Below are positions 26,230 to 38,833 of a stretch of 64,000 bases of DNA, one piece after another. The notes beneath the pieces were generated by a model. The model did not search any database. It saw only the letters and a list, made by a program, of their open reading frames with translations, and was not told the DNA's origin. Each line of letters starts with the position of its first letter. Positions within the stretch are counted from its first letter, which is position 1. Position numbers and translations under genes: made by a program. This DNA comes from Podarcis pityusensis (taxonomy: Eukaryota), in the NCBI GenBank assembly GCA_964106645.2, contig OZ067047.1. One strand, 5' to 3'.

Positions 26230-26855
26230 GTAAGTCACTCATTGACAGCTACCAAGCCGTCCCTATTTCACTGACCCAACTAGCCCCTTCCAAGTCTGTC
26301 AGGGAGGCAAACATACCACTTTGGGGGGGCAGCCCCCGACGGGTAAGGTACAAAAGGGTGCCATTTTCACAAATATATTTGTCAGAGTTGAAAGAGGGCA
26401 GACGCCCTTTTGGTGAATGTACATATATTGCTGCAAATAGGGCAGCAGTTTTTTGTCTGTTCAGAGCACCATCTGAATAGGCTTTGTTTGCCCATGATGA
26501 TATCAGCACTTAGCTGAATCTGATGAGCTGTGAAGCATTTCAGCACCAAGGTCACTGCATGACCCCTGGCTGGCTAGGGCAACTTTAGAAAAGAGAGAAC
26601 CCAGGGTGGGGAGCAATGAGAATAGCACCCAAGAGACAGATGGTAGGGCAAATAATGGCAGCACTTTGAAAGTGATTTCAGGGGTTGTGTTTTTTTCCTA
26701 AATAAACATTTCTTCCCTCCTCCAAAGAAAGCATCCAGTACATTCACACACACCCCCCATGAGTAAATATTCAGTGTTGCCATATTTCTTGCTGGTTATA
26801 TTTGTACAATTGCTTCCCACAGGCTGGCATGACAGGGAGTACTGAGAATTAAAAC

Positions 26856-27029
26856 CAGTGTTTTTTTTCTAAAAAAAATGTTTAGGGATACTCTCATTTT
26901 GACTCAAGAAAATCACCATTTTATAGTTCAAATTGGGAAAAACAAATACAGTAAATGGACAAAAGTACAAAGTTTCACAAATTGTTTAGGGGTATGCATA
27001 CCCCTGTGTCCCCCCAGAAAAAAGCACTG
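26856..27029. mobile_element. hAT-type MITE (174 bp)
   Basis: TIR CAGTG(T/C)TTTTT; perfect 8-bp TSD ATTAAAAC. Confidence 0.85.
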
Positions 27030-27441
27030 ATTAAAACCCTTTCATTTCCAAATCTCAGAACTCCATAACTTGAAATTATCTCTGTGGTGATGAAGGGATT
27101 TGTATATAGTATAAGCAGCAGCAGCAAGAAGATTATCAGGGCCTTGGTGACTATTAGCAGCTTTTAAAAAAGATATTTGTTAGAGGTGAAATCAGGCCCT
27201 CCTGTCCATTTTTTATTCCCCAGAGTTTTGGTTGTTGTTGTTTTTATTAGAAGAGAGCCAAGCATTATATCAGTGTCAGTGATCAGCTTTCCATTGACCC
27301 CTTGCCTGTTCCCATCAAGAATTCTATACCCAGGTGAAACCCTCAAGTATCTGCACTGTGTAGTAGTTCCAGGAGTGTAGCTCAGCGTTATTGCTTGACT
27401 ATCACATTCTCCACACTCATGCATTCTCTCATCTCCCCTAG

Positions 27442-27626
27442 GTAGTCTCCCTTGGCCTATATTTTGGAGAGCAGGCCTATCTCCGCAGTAGCTGGAATAT
27501 CCTGGATGGCTTCTTGGTGTTCGTATCCATCATTGATATTGTGGTTTCGGTAGCCTCTGCTGGTGGAGCCAAAATTCTGGGGGTGCTGCGAGTCCTCCGG
27601 CTGCTGCGTACTTTACGCCCTCTTAG
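27442..27626 (+). CDS. CACNA1I: Exon ~21, DIII S3-S4 ([23 protein letters not shown]...LRTLRPLR)
   Basis: ccctag|GTA ... AG|gtgaga, 185 nt. Confidence 0.96.
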
Positions 27627-28186
27627 GTGAGATCCAAAAGGCTAGTCTCCCTTCTCCTCTCTTTTGTAAGGACCCTGCTTCTGTACAGAGAAAGCTTGTG
27701 TGGACACCCAGATGTTTTGCCATGATAAAGGTTTTGGAAAGGGCAATAAGAAGGGTCAAGAGCTCAGGGCACTTAGATACAGTCTGTGATGACAAGGCCA
27801 ATCAAAATAGGAAAGAACAAGCAGGGAGTGGGTGTGTATGTATCCAGAGTCAGTTTTGACAGTAGCGACGGGGGAGAATTTAGACTGAGTTTGCATTTAG
27901 GTACCTAATTTGCACTTTCAAAAGCAATATGCAAACCAAAGCACAGCTGTTCTTCGAAACTGGCATTGCTCTTAATGTTGTAATGCAATTGTCCAGCCAT
28001 GTAATGTGTACAAAAATACATATATGGGGATGAAATGATGCCCTTGCTGGAAATTTGCCGTGTTGCTTTACGGGGCAAGCAGCTGTGTCGTGATACTTTT
28101 TAGAGCAGCTCTTCGTAAAACATTGAGAAAAGCATCTCTGTTCTACGTCTCCCTTATTGTTGCTCCTCACAGTGCTTCTTTTTCAG

Positions 28187-28313
28187 GGTTATAAGTCGTG
28201 CACCAGGCCTGAAGCTTGTGGTCGAGACACTCATTTCATCACTCAAGCCCATTGGAAACATCGTCCTCATTTGCTGTGCTTTCTTCATCATCTTCGGCAT
28301 TCTTGGGGTGCAG
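28187..28313 (+). CDS. CACNA1I: Exon ~22, DIII S4-S5 ([15 protein letters not shown]...GILGVQ)
   Basis: tttcag|G ... CAG|gtactg, 127 nt. Confidence 0.96.
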
Positions 28314-28374
28314 GTACTGTTGTTAATATCGTCTATGAGAAAATGTATTATTTTAAATTATTTTTTAATTTTTT

Positions 28375-28600
28375 AAAATTTTATTGCATTTATATCCCAC
28401 CTTTCCTCCACGGAGCTCATGGTGGTGTACATGGTTCTCTTCCTCCCCATTTTACACTCACAGCAACCCTGTGAGGTAGGCCAGGCTGAGAGACTGTAAC
28501 TGGCCCATGGTCACCCAACTGAGTTTTATGGTTGAGGAGGGATTTGAACCCGCGTCGCCTAGGTCCTAGTCCAACACTGCAACTACTACACCACTCTGGT
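28375..28600 (-). mobile_element. CORE-type (MIR-like) SINE
   Basis: caaccctgtgaggtagg core and gggatttgaaccc reverse B-box. Confidence 0.7.
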
Positions 28601-29553
28601 TCCTGTGTCTTTGTGTCTCATCTGCTGCATTTTTTTGTCCTAACATGAAAGCAGTTGAGAATTTACTTCTGCTTACTTAAAGGCCTGTTTTCCCATTATA
28701 ATATAGACCATGGTAAAGAGGTGGATAGGAAATTTGTCAAGAGATGTGTGGCTTTTTGTCTCCTGATGAGACACGGTGGGGCACGGGATCTGGATGGTGG
28801 GCTGGATCCTTCCTTCCCTCCCCCACCCCTCACTGCAGGCCAACTTTGACAAGCAGGTGGAACCGCCTATTTGTCAGTCACCTGATAATGTATTCAAGCC
28901 ACTTGGATTTCCAAGGAGGTGGCTCTCAGCACTGATCCAGCTGATGGACGCTGAGAGACATCACTTCAAAGTCCATTTGCAAGCAGTTTGAATGCAAACC
29001 ACTTGCAAGCAGACTTCAGAAATGATGGCAAACAAAGTGCTGTCCCCATGGCATCTGCCTAGGAATGCATCGATTCTAATTCTTATCTATTAAATTCCTA
29101 TACCGCTCTTCATCTGAAAGATCACAGGGCAGTTTACAATCTCAAAACACAAAAATGCATGCCATAATAACAAACAAAAAAATAATATCCTACACAGGTT
29201 AAAAGGCCATAGATTGTTTAATTAGCCAAAGGTCTGGAAGAAGAGGAATGTTAGGCAGGCTTCCAGCTCATCCCTGAGAATGCAGGCACAGAGAAAGCAA
29301 GAACCTATTTGGATGAGCTTGAGATGTCATATTCACTAATGAAAAGAAGTAAAAAATGAACCTCAGGAAAGGAGGGGTGGGAAGTCAAGAAGGAATTTAT
29401 ATTAGGGAAAAACTTTTTGTTTATGATGATAAATATTTTGGAATATTTTTGGAGATTTAATAAAAAATTAGAGGAGGGGTCATATTCACTGTTTCACACT
29501 CCCTCTTTGGTCCAGTTCTAATGTGATAGCTGGAAGGGATGCATTTCAAAATA

Positions 29554-29812
29554 CCATATATTTTGCTCTATAGGACTCACTTTTTCCCTCCTAAAAAGTA
29601 AGGGGAAATGTGTGTGCGTCTTATGGAGCGAATGCAGGCTGCACAGCTATCCCAGAAGCCAGAACAGCAAGAGGGATTGCTGCTTTCACTGCGCAGCGAT
29701 CCCTCTTGCTGTTCTGGCTTCTGAGATTCAGAATATTTTTTTTCTTGTTTTCCTCCTCCAAAAACTAGGTGCGTCTTGTGGTTTGGTGCGTCTTATAGAG
29801 CGAAAAATACAG
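29554..29812. mobile_element. Tc1/mariner (pogo/Tigger-like) MITE, copy 1
   Basis: TA TSD; TIR c(c/t)gtatttttcgctctata. Confidence 0.82.
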
Positions 29813-30641
29813 TAATAAGAGTGCAAGGCTGGTGTTCAGGGCTACAGTAAGATTCAGCTGGACCTCAGGACCCAATGCTGAAATGGCAGGTTGACTGCTG
29901 GTCCAAACTGAAATGCTTGAGAGCGCAGATATCTACTTGCTGTTTTATTACAAAAAAAGTGTTTCCTGTTAATTCCTGACTTTCCCCCACATTCCAAGCA
30001 CTGGATCCACCCACGACTATTTGAAGAAGAAGAAAGTAGTGACGTTCTCTTTTATTTTAGGCTTCTACTGCAGAGGTCTGCTGGAGTGGGTAGTGCTTCT
30101 ATCATTTGGAAGAATGTGCTATGTAGGGATGGCAGTTTCATAATGTACGGGAAGTGCTAGAAAGCAGATGAGCTTCCTGTAACGTGTGAAGTCACCCTGA
30201 GATTTTCCAAATGCACAATCCAATCCCTGCCATATGGGAAAGGGAACTGGGGCAACAGATTTTTTTTTAAGTCACCACCGAGTAAATTTATGTTGAAATG
30301 TCTGAGAAGTAGGGGATATTTTCTGAGTATTTAATTCATGGGAGCAGTATGCTCGCATTCAGCAAACCCAGTAACAATTTGGAACAGAATAACTCTAGAC
30401 TGGCCTGGGGAATAGAATTGGGGGCATTTTGCTTCTGCTAGTCCCCATTCAGCTACTTTCTCATTTACCTACTTCCAAATGGGTGTGAGGGGGTTAATGA
30501 CTCTCAGTTCACAATGGGTCTTAAACCAGGTGGCAGTCAGTGACCGAGAGGAGCAAGTTGCCTTGACTCGTAACCAAACTCAGGAGCACCACCCTCCATT
30601 CCTAACAGCAAAATCTCTGACAAAGTGGTTTCTTCTTGCAG

Positions 30642-30767
30642 CTGTTCAAGGGGAAGTTCTACCACTGTCTGGGCGTGGACACCCGAAACATCACCAATAG
30701 GTCTGACTGCATGGCTGCCAATTACAAGTGGGTCCATCACAAATACAACTTCGACAATCTGGGCCAG
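30642..30767 (+). CDS. CACNA1I: Exon ~23, DIII extracellular loop (LFKGKFYHC...YNFDNLGQ)
   Basis: ttgcag|CTG ... CAG|gtaaat, 126 nt. Confidence 0.96.
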
Positions 30768-31510
30768 GTAAATGTGGAACCCTCCAAGTTTCCTTAGACT
30801 CACTTTAGTCTCCCTGGTGTCTTCAGCCCAAAAGGAAGGACTGTGACCTCAGACATGGATCCTTACATTGAAGGATGGGAGGTTGTAGTACTGCTGTTGA
30901 GAGCCTTCATCTTCAGAAGCGTATCCAGTTTTTCATTACCACATTGTAAGATAGATATATCTTAAGAATCAGAATTGCAAATGGCACAGTCCATCCAACA
31001 TTAAGCACTTCTAAGTCTCCTTGGTTTCAGCAGTAAAATCAGCACATTGAAACTAAACTAAACCAATCACGTTTTAATAAAAACGGCAATTAAAGCTTCA
31101 GTTAAGCATGCACTTACATGTCTATTGAGAAGTAAATACCATTGTTTAATGGGGTTGGCTCCCAGGTAAGTGGGTTAAAGAACTGTAGCCTTTACTCCAT
31201 TACTAATTTCAGTGCTTAACTTTGGTTCAGATAATGCCTCAAGGTCTGGTTTGCTTTGGTTTGGTTGGTTGGTTGGTTTAAAATACTGATATACCTCATC
31301 TCATTGGAATAATATCAAGTTGGCGTACTGTACAATAAATGATTAATGCAAAGCAGCTATTCAGAAGCTGCTTTAAAAAATTCAATAAAAGCAGCATATC
31401 TCAATTACGGTATCCAGGAATCTTTCAAGTGGTCTCAGAGGTAAGAGAAAGCTGAAGACCTCTGAGACCTAAAAGAAAAAAGAATCAGAAATAGCATGTT
31501 GAGGTTCTAG

Positions 31511-31941
31511 AACACATAGGAACATAGAAAGCTGCCTTCTATCGAGTCACACCTGTATGAATTGTGTAGTTAAGTAACTGGCACATGGCCCCTTTAAGAG
31601 AAGCAGGCATAGCCCAGGAGGCCAGCTGCTGCAGAGCTGACTCAGAGAAGTGGCCTGACTGCAGAAGTTTGTTACCACTTTATGTAGGCTCCCAGACCTT
31701 TTCAGAAATAAAGTTCATTAACTTGGCTTGTAGTGAGTTTCTAGATAAACAGCTGAAGCCAACACACGGTGTCAGAAGTTTGATGGTAACACAAGACCAT
31801 CAGTCCATCTAGCTCAGCATTGTCTGAGCTGACTAGAAGTTGCTCTCCAGGCTTCCCTTCCAGCCCTACCACCTGGACACGACAGGAATTGAACCTTCTA
31901 GATGCAAAGCAGACACCCTACTGTTGAGCTGTGGCCCTTCC
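31511..31941 (-). mobile_element. Squam3-like SINE interrupted by a solo LTR
   Basis: Halves 31511-31553 and 31794-31941 join into a copy like 16718-16915. Confidence 0.75.
31554..31793 (+). mobile_element. Solo LTR (240 bp)
   Basis: TGT...ACA termini, 5-bp TSD acacc/agacc, AATAAA at 31707. Confidence 0.7.
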
Positions 31942-33233
31942 ATATGACATGATTTATGTGGAAAGGATAAAGAGCTATGCATTATGAGGGATTAAACTGT
32001 AATAATTAATTGAAAATATTTTCAAATATATTTTCAAAAGCCAGAATTTTAACTCTAATTCCAATGCTGTCGATGGTGCTAATCAGGATTTACTGGGCAT
32101 GTAGGACAGGAAAGCAGGACCCTACTTTTGACTCTATGCATTCACCAACTCTTCTGAACAGAGTCTACACACCCCGCGCAGAAGAGCCAGTGACTGCATG
32201 GAGGGTGGCGATGGGGCCTGCCACCACAATCCTGCCTTGCAGCAGCACATGTTCAGCATGCTCTGTTTAGTTGCATGAACAGGGATGTCCTTTTCATTGG
32301 TTTACATTGTATGCTACCTTAAGAGACCTGGTGGCAAGTTTTAAATGCAAAGAAATCAATCGGGGGGGGGGGGCGGTGTTTACGAGGGACAAAGAAAGAA
32401 GGACTACGAATAGTGTGTTTAGATTCCAGTAAAGCACGTTCAGACCGGACATTAGAAAAGATCTGCTTGCAAAAAGAACTGTTGGGGAAATGAAAATGGT
32501 TGCCTAGGGAAACTGTCGAGTCTCAGCCTCTGGAGGCTCTTAAGGGAGCAAACAGAGCGAGTGTTTATGGAGGATGCTTTACATTTCTGATTAAAATATT
32601 CTAGCTTCTTTCCCTGTTTGCATCCAGTTGAAATTCACTGTCTAATCTGTATGCTTTCTTAATGGATGCTCCACACTCCTCCCATAATCTTCTCCCCATG
32701 TTGGTGGAGGGAGGCCTCCTGAAGTGTCTTGGAATCTTTTTGAAGGGTCAACTTTTGCACAGAGTGCAAATTTTCCATGGGGGAGTGAGACATGGCAGGG
32801 AAGAGTTCAGAGCCAGTTATAAAGGGATAAGCGGGTTCTTAAAAAATAATAATCAGATGCATGTCACAGTCCTTCCTAATACTTTTCATGTTTCCCTTTT
32901 TTGCAACCCCTTGGATTTGACATTTTAGCAAGGAATGGAGTGTATTTTGAGGAGTTGTTTTCTAAACCAACAGTGTGACTGAGCTGATCTGGTGTTTCTC
33001 TAGGGACGAATTTCTCAGAGGACAGCTGTCTGGCAGCACTTCCTTCTCTCTCTTCCCCCTTTTCACAGGCAAATTCTTTTCCCTCTCCCATCAACTTTTC
33101 CTGGAGAACTTTGGCAGGGTGGTGGAGGAAGAAGGAAGGAAAGAACCTCTCTGTTTTGTTGCTATTCATTTGTGTGCATCAAATAGTCAACCCCTGAACC
33201 AGTCAAAAGCTGACTCACTTTCATGTGTTGCAG

Positions 33234-33323
33234 GCTTTGATGTCACTCTTTGTACTGGCTTCCAAAGATGGCTGGGTCAACATTATGTACAATGGACTGG
33301 ATGCTGTGGCTGTTGATCAGCAG
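33234..33323 (+). CDS. CACNA1I: Exon ~24, DIII pore loop ([19 protein letters not shown]...VDQQ)
   Basis: ttgcag|GCT ... CAG|gtatgg, 90 nt, filter Asp. Confidence 0.96.
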
Positions 33324-33948
33324 GTATGGAACTTGCTTTACAAAATGATCATTCATGTTGCTTTCAGCTGGGTTGTTAAATAGGCTGGATGATCCATCTT
33401 TGATGACTCCTAATTGGTTTGCTATGTACTTCCCCAAATACTAGGAAGCTATAGGGGGAGTGGTTAAGTTTCTTCTGGATAACATAGTGCAGCAGGCCAT
33501 TTTTCATGATTTCTCTATTGACAAAAGACATTGAGTGAGCATAGACAGATCACTCTTTTTCTGGTCAATGTCTGTTTTGCATGTGTTCATTCATAAAGCC
33601 AATCCTCCCTGTTTCTGCATTAAAAAAAAGACCTTGCAATTTAAAATGTGTATGTTTGAACATATTTTCCTAATGGTATTTTCTCGCAAAGTGCATTTTT
33701 CTAAATTTATGTCATCATGAAAACTTGCATTTCTAGATGCATTTTAGTACTTTTTTTGAGTGTGGGAGCTGCATTGCAAAATTAGAAGTGCAAACTCCAA
33801 AAGATTACCCATTTCTGACCTGCATTTTAGTATTAGAGATCAGGTCAGTTTGTAGCAGAATTTGGGAATAACAGATTTCTCAGGAGACCCTTCTAATAAG
33901 TCCTCTTGCGGTATGCATTGAACTGCCTTTCTTAATACCTGTGCAATG

Positions 33949-33953
<5 letters not shown>

Positions 33954-33993
<40 letters not shown>
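33954..33993. repeat. (CT)n microsatellite
   Basis: Read directly. Confidence 0.95.
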
Positions 33994-33995
<2 letters not shown>

Positions 33996-34431
33996 GTTCT
34001 CTATTCTCTTCTCAAAACTTGCATTTCCCCCATGGCCTTTAGTCTATACTCTTCATCCTCATTCCCAAGTGTAAATAGGCTTTAAATGCGCGTCAAGACA
34101 TTTGCCCACAGTCCTCTCTCCTTCTCTTCTCTATTACTCCCTCTCACTGCTGTTTCTCTCCTGTTTTTGGCCCCCTCCAAACAAACTCTTCATTGAGAAT
34201 TCATATTGATTTGCTTGCACAGAACTTACATGGGTTAGACTAATTCCAGTCTTCATTGAGCATTTATTCTGACTTTTTAATGCAACAATGAGGATTCATC
34301 CTGAGTTGCTTGTGAGATGTTTGCACATCTTTCTGTTAACCATTCATTTGCATTTTTAAAAGCAGATTTGTTGCTCTAGGGCAACAGAGTGCTTTAATCC
34401 ACTTTGATTGCACAAACCAACAGTTCAAGTA

Positions 34432-34818
34432 CTGTATTTTTCGCTCTATAGGACGCACCGGACGATAAGACGCACCTAGTTTGGGGGGAGGAAACAAGAA
34501 GAAAAAAATTCTGAACCCCAGGAGCTAGAAGAACAAGAATGATCTGGCTTCTGGGATAGCCTCTTGCTGTTCTGGCTTCGGGGACAGCCTTTGAAGCCTC
34601 GGCAGAGCAGCGGGGTGAAGGCACCCCGCTGCCCTGCAGAAGCTTTGCGCAGCCATCCCCAAGCTAGAACAGGGAGACGGAGCGCTGCGCAGTGCTCCGT
34701 CTCCCTGTTCTGGCTTTGGGCTTAGCCGCGCAGCCTGCATCCGCTCCATAAGACGCACACACATTTCCCCTTACTTTTTAGAAGGGGAAAAGTACGTCCT
34801 ATAGAGCGAAAAATACGG
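34432..34818. mobile_element. Tc1/mariner MITE, copy 2, inverted relative to copy 1
   Basis: TA TSD, ~24-bp TIR; reverse complement aligns to 29554-29812. Confidence 0.85.
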
Positions 34819-37157
34819 TATATGCTCGAATCCCTTCCACAAAATTGCCAGTCTGGAGGCACCCTTAGAGTATAAATTCCTTATTTATTTAGGGTTGTAT
34901 AAACACCTTGCATTGAAAGCACCTTGCTTCCCTCAGAGATTTGTCAGATTGATTGGTACTATTTTCATGCTGGGCCATTCCATTTTTACTGCATTTTGTC
35001 CTCATCTAATTTGTAGTGGGTGTAGCTTTTGTTTTCTGTGTGTGCAGACATGGCATATCTTTCAGGTAACTAGCATGGAGAAAATTGTTTTAATGCTCCC
35101 ACGTTTATTCTTTTTGCATAAACTTCTGCCAATCACTGTCGTCTTCTTCTTTATCTCTTAATGGCTTTGCAGTAGTATCATGTGTCCTTTGGGGCATGAT
35201 GGCAGACTCTTCAGATTGATGATCACTTGCTGCAATTCCCACCCTAGGCAGGGCTTTTCACGGCTGGCAGCTAAAATCTGCTGCTGTTCCTGTTCACTTT
35301 AATAATGCAAGATCACTTCCCTAATGCAGATGGCAGTTGCACAGGACCTAAACAGTGACGGTGATATATTACACCCACACTGTGAACGCAACTTGTTTTC
35401 TCAGTATAGCAGAATGGTTTTCAGCTGGTCTTGTTTGGAGAGAACCATTTCTAGCACAACCTCACAACAGTTCTAGGGCAGCCAAAATATGCGTACAAAA
35501 CGGTTTTTACCTACATGGGAATAAGGACAGGTGAATCTGTCAATTTTTGTTCTCTCAGTTCAGTTTTGCATTTTTTCAAACTGATTTTCAGTTCTCCACA
35601 CCTGTGCAGCAATTCGTGAGTTTTCTTTTAAGGATCCATATAAAATTTCACCAGCATTTTAGTGTGGATTTCTCCTATTGGACAGTGTTATTTACCAATG
35701 ACACCGCCTTCTCCTTCTTAATTCTTGTGAGAGTTCTTCACTCTCCTGTTACATATGCAGAATGACTCCCACCACATACAAGGTTTCTCCCCCTTTCCAG
35801 TAAAATAAAATAAAATTTCATGCTGGATTTGTTCTAAAATGAGTGAAACATTTTTTTAAAAAAATCAGGGCTTTGTTTTTAAAATAAACTGGAAAATCCT
35901 TAGACTGTGAACCTCAACCCACTTACCTGAAACTTAGCCTCATTGAATTTAATGGGACTTACTTACTCAGAGTAGACATGCATAGGATTTGACCGTTCCA
36001 TTTCTCTAGCTAAGCCTCATTACCCATCTGGAAATTCTCTTTGGCATCTCAGGCGGCAAATATACACACAAGGCTGCAAAATTACTTCACTGAAAAATGC
36101 TGTTGTGCCTGTACTAATTTCTGATACTTAATGACTTGATAATAGTGATCGAACATTAATAATTTGTGTATACATTGCTAAACGAGTTCTTCAGAGAATT
36201 ATTGTAATTATCCTAGTCTTCTTCTCTGATACTGTAATTATTATTCTTGTATTCCAGCTACCAATATTATTAATCTAAATACTAATGCCACCCCCACACA
36301 GAAAGACACGCATGTCAAATCCTTTTGGGACACTGTTTCAATAAGCTCTTAACAATGCACTCCTGGTTTGTTTCCTCCCCAAAAGTTTAGAGTGCAGGAA
36401 AAAATGATACTGTTTTGGAATTTGATCAAGATCATCATGTGCAATAGCCCGATAAATCTGAGAGCTTTAAAAAAATAATTTTAAGCACTTTTTAATTGAG
36501 TGGGAGAGGTTAAAAATTAGTTGGACTGATTGTTTTGCTTTTCCTCTGTACTTCATATAAATTATGAATATTCCATGCAACAAACCTGCAAGATATGCCA
36601 CTATTATTATCCCTTTATTGTAGATCACAAGGGTAGGACTGAGGATGAAATACGGTGACTTGACCTGAACACTCAGTGAAGCAGGAATTTCCCAGCTCAA
36701 TATTCATTCTCTTCAACATGACACTGCTCTAGTTTCTTTATTGCTGCCCTATTAATTAAAACCATCCTCATGATGGACAGAATGGATGAATGTCACTGTG
36801 ATGGCAGTACTTTTGTTCATACATATATATGCACCATGCCTTTCCCAGTAGCAGGAAAGAAAAGAACAGGCAGTCAAGGAAGGATTGCCTGTAAACTCTC
36901 CTCAATAAATCACAAATATCACTCTCCAGGGCTTGAGGGGAGGGAGGATGTGTCCTGCACCACATTTCCATGAAGTTTGGGTCTCCCATTGGTCATAAAA
37001 ATCATAAATTATTGCCGTCTTCCTTGCTTTCCAGAAATCTCCGATTTCCTTCAACAAAATCATCTTCTTGGTCTTTCCTCTCATAAAGTGCTAACTACAG
37101 CCCCTCTCTGTCTATCTATCTGTCTGTCTGTCTATCTGTCTGTCTTTTTAATTCCAG

Positions 37158-37350
37158 CCAGTGACCAACAACAACCCTTGGATGCTCCTTTACTTCATTT
37201 CTTTCTTGCTCATCGTCAGCTTCTTCGTCCTCAACATGTTTGTAGGGGTGGTGGTGGAGAACTTCCACAAATGTCGGCAACACCAAGAGGCAGAAGAGGC
37301 CCGGCGGCGGGAAGAGAAGCGCCTGAGGCGCCTGGAGAAGAAGCGTAGGA
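37158..37350 (+). CDS. CACNA1I: Exon ~25, DIII S6 and III-IV linker ([13 protein letters not shown]...RRLEKKRR)
   Basis: ttccag|CCA ... A|gtaagg, 193 nt. Confidence 0.95.
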
Positions 37351-38288
37351 GTAAGGAACAACCTAAGTGTTTTGTTGGTTCGTAGGCTGAAGTTTTCTGA
37401 GAAAAAACTTATCATTTTTTATTAACGAAAAAACAACGAATACAACATTGATAACGCAGGTGACTGCATTTTACCTCCACAGTCAGAGGCAATAATGCTT
37501 CTGAATACCAGTTGCTGGAAACCATGGGAAAAGGGAGAGAGAGCTGTTGCTCTTGGGCTTCTCACAGGCCACTGTGATAGGCCATTGGCCTGACCCAGCA
37601 GGTGCTTATGTTCTTAATGTGTCAAATGTCATTGAGCATATGCCCAGAAAAACCCTGTTAACATCACCTGTTCTTTGGGTAGACGGGGCCCATGGCTATC
37701 TCTATCTCTTTCAGTCATCATATTCTAAGACAGCCTTGGAACCAAGAGAATCCCGTTTCAATGTGCCTCTTATTTGTGCGTGTAGTTTTGTGTGTACATG
37801 ATTTAATGAGAAAAGCACGCATACCCCAAATGCACCTGGATGTGAATTAGTCCAGCCTTTCCTCTCCCCTCATCTGCTCCTTAAACCCCTTTGAATGCAC
37901 CTCTGTCCCAAAACCATGGAAGTCCCTGTAACTTCTCCTTACTTCAGATTTTCCTTTTCTGGAGATGCTTGCTTCCTCTGCTCATTTGAAAACTCAGTTT
38001 GTTGGAGCATGAAATGCTGGTTTAGTATCATTTCTACAAACACAGGACTAACAGATTCTTTCTGTCCCTCTCCTCTCCCCTCTCCTCCCCTCTTCCCTTT
38101 CACTTACTCACTCTCATTTCTATTTTCTTCCCCGTCTTCTGGTTCCCTTTTATTACATTCTTTTTTCCCTTTCCTCTCACCTCGCTCCCCTTCCTCTCTT
38201 TCCATTCTTTCCTTTCCTTTCCTCTTCTCTGTTCTTCCTCTTCCCTCCCTCCCTCCCTGGATTGCTCCCCTTGCCACTCCCATGGCAG

Positions 38289-38440
38289 AAGCACAGCGCT
38301 TGCCGTATTATGCCACCTACTGCTCTGTCCGCCTCCTCATCCATTCGGTCTGCACCAGCCACTACTTGGACATCTTCATCACTTTCATAATTTGCCTCAA
38401 CGTTGTCACTATGTCCCTGGAGCACTACAACCAGCCAATG
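38289..38440 (+). CDS. CACNA1I: Exon ~26, III-IV linker and DIV S1 ([12 protein letters not shown]...EHYNQPM)
   Basis: tggcag|AA ... ATG|gtgagt, 152 nt. Confidence 0.95.
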
Positions 38441-38618
38441 GTGAGTGAGTTCAAGGGACTAAATCCCACCTTTATGCCTTCCTCCTCCTTCCTTGTTCTC
38501 CTCCCCTTTTCACAAAGAGCTGCTTTTTACATAAAGTAGAAAATAGATGTCTAGCAATTAGGAGTAAAACGTGGCAGGCATTAGAAGATGAGTTGGGAAC
38601 AGGCTACAGAGAGAACCA

Positions 38619-38833
38619 CAGTGGTACCTTGGGTTACAAACGCTTCAGGTTACAGACTTCGCTAACCTAGAAATAGTACCTCAGGTTAAGAACTTTGCTT
38701 CAGGATGAGAACAGAAATTGTGCAGCGGCAGCGGGAGGCCCCATTAGCTAAAGTGGTACCTCAGGTTAAGAACAGTTTCAGGTTAAGAACGGACCTCCGG
38801 AACGAATTAAGTTCTTAAACAGAGGTACCACTG
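38619..38833. mobile_element. Tigger-like MITE (TIR CAGTGGTACCT)
   Basis: TIRs, internal caggttaagaac repeats; inverted sister copy at 62981-63200. Confidence 0.85.

Noticed and set aside
37895-38288. Long N-terminal extension of exon 26 in the 214-aa ORF
   Set aside because: Open only because the pyrimidine tract cannot encode stops
38640-38820. CRISPR-like spaced repeats (caggttaagaac)
   Set aside because: Internal subterminal repeats of a MITE in a vertebrate genome
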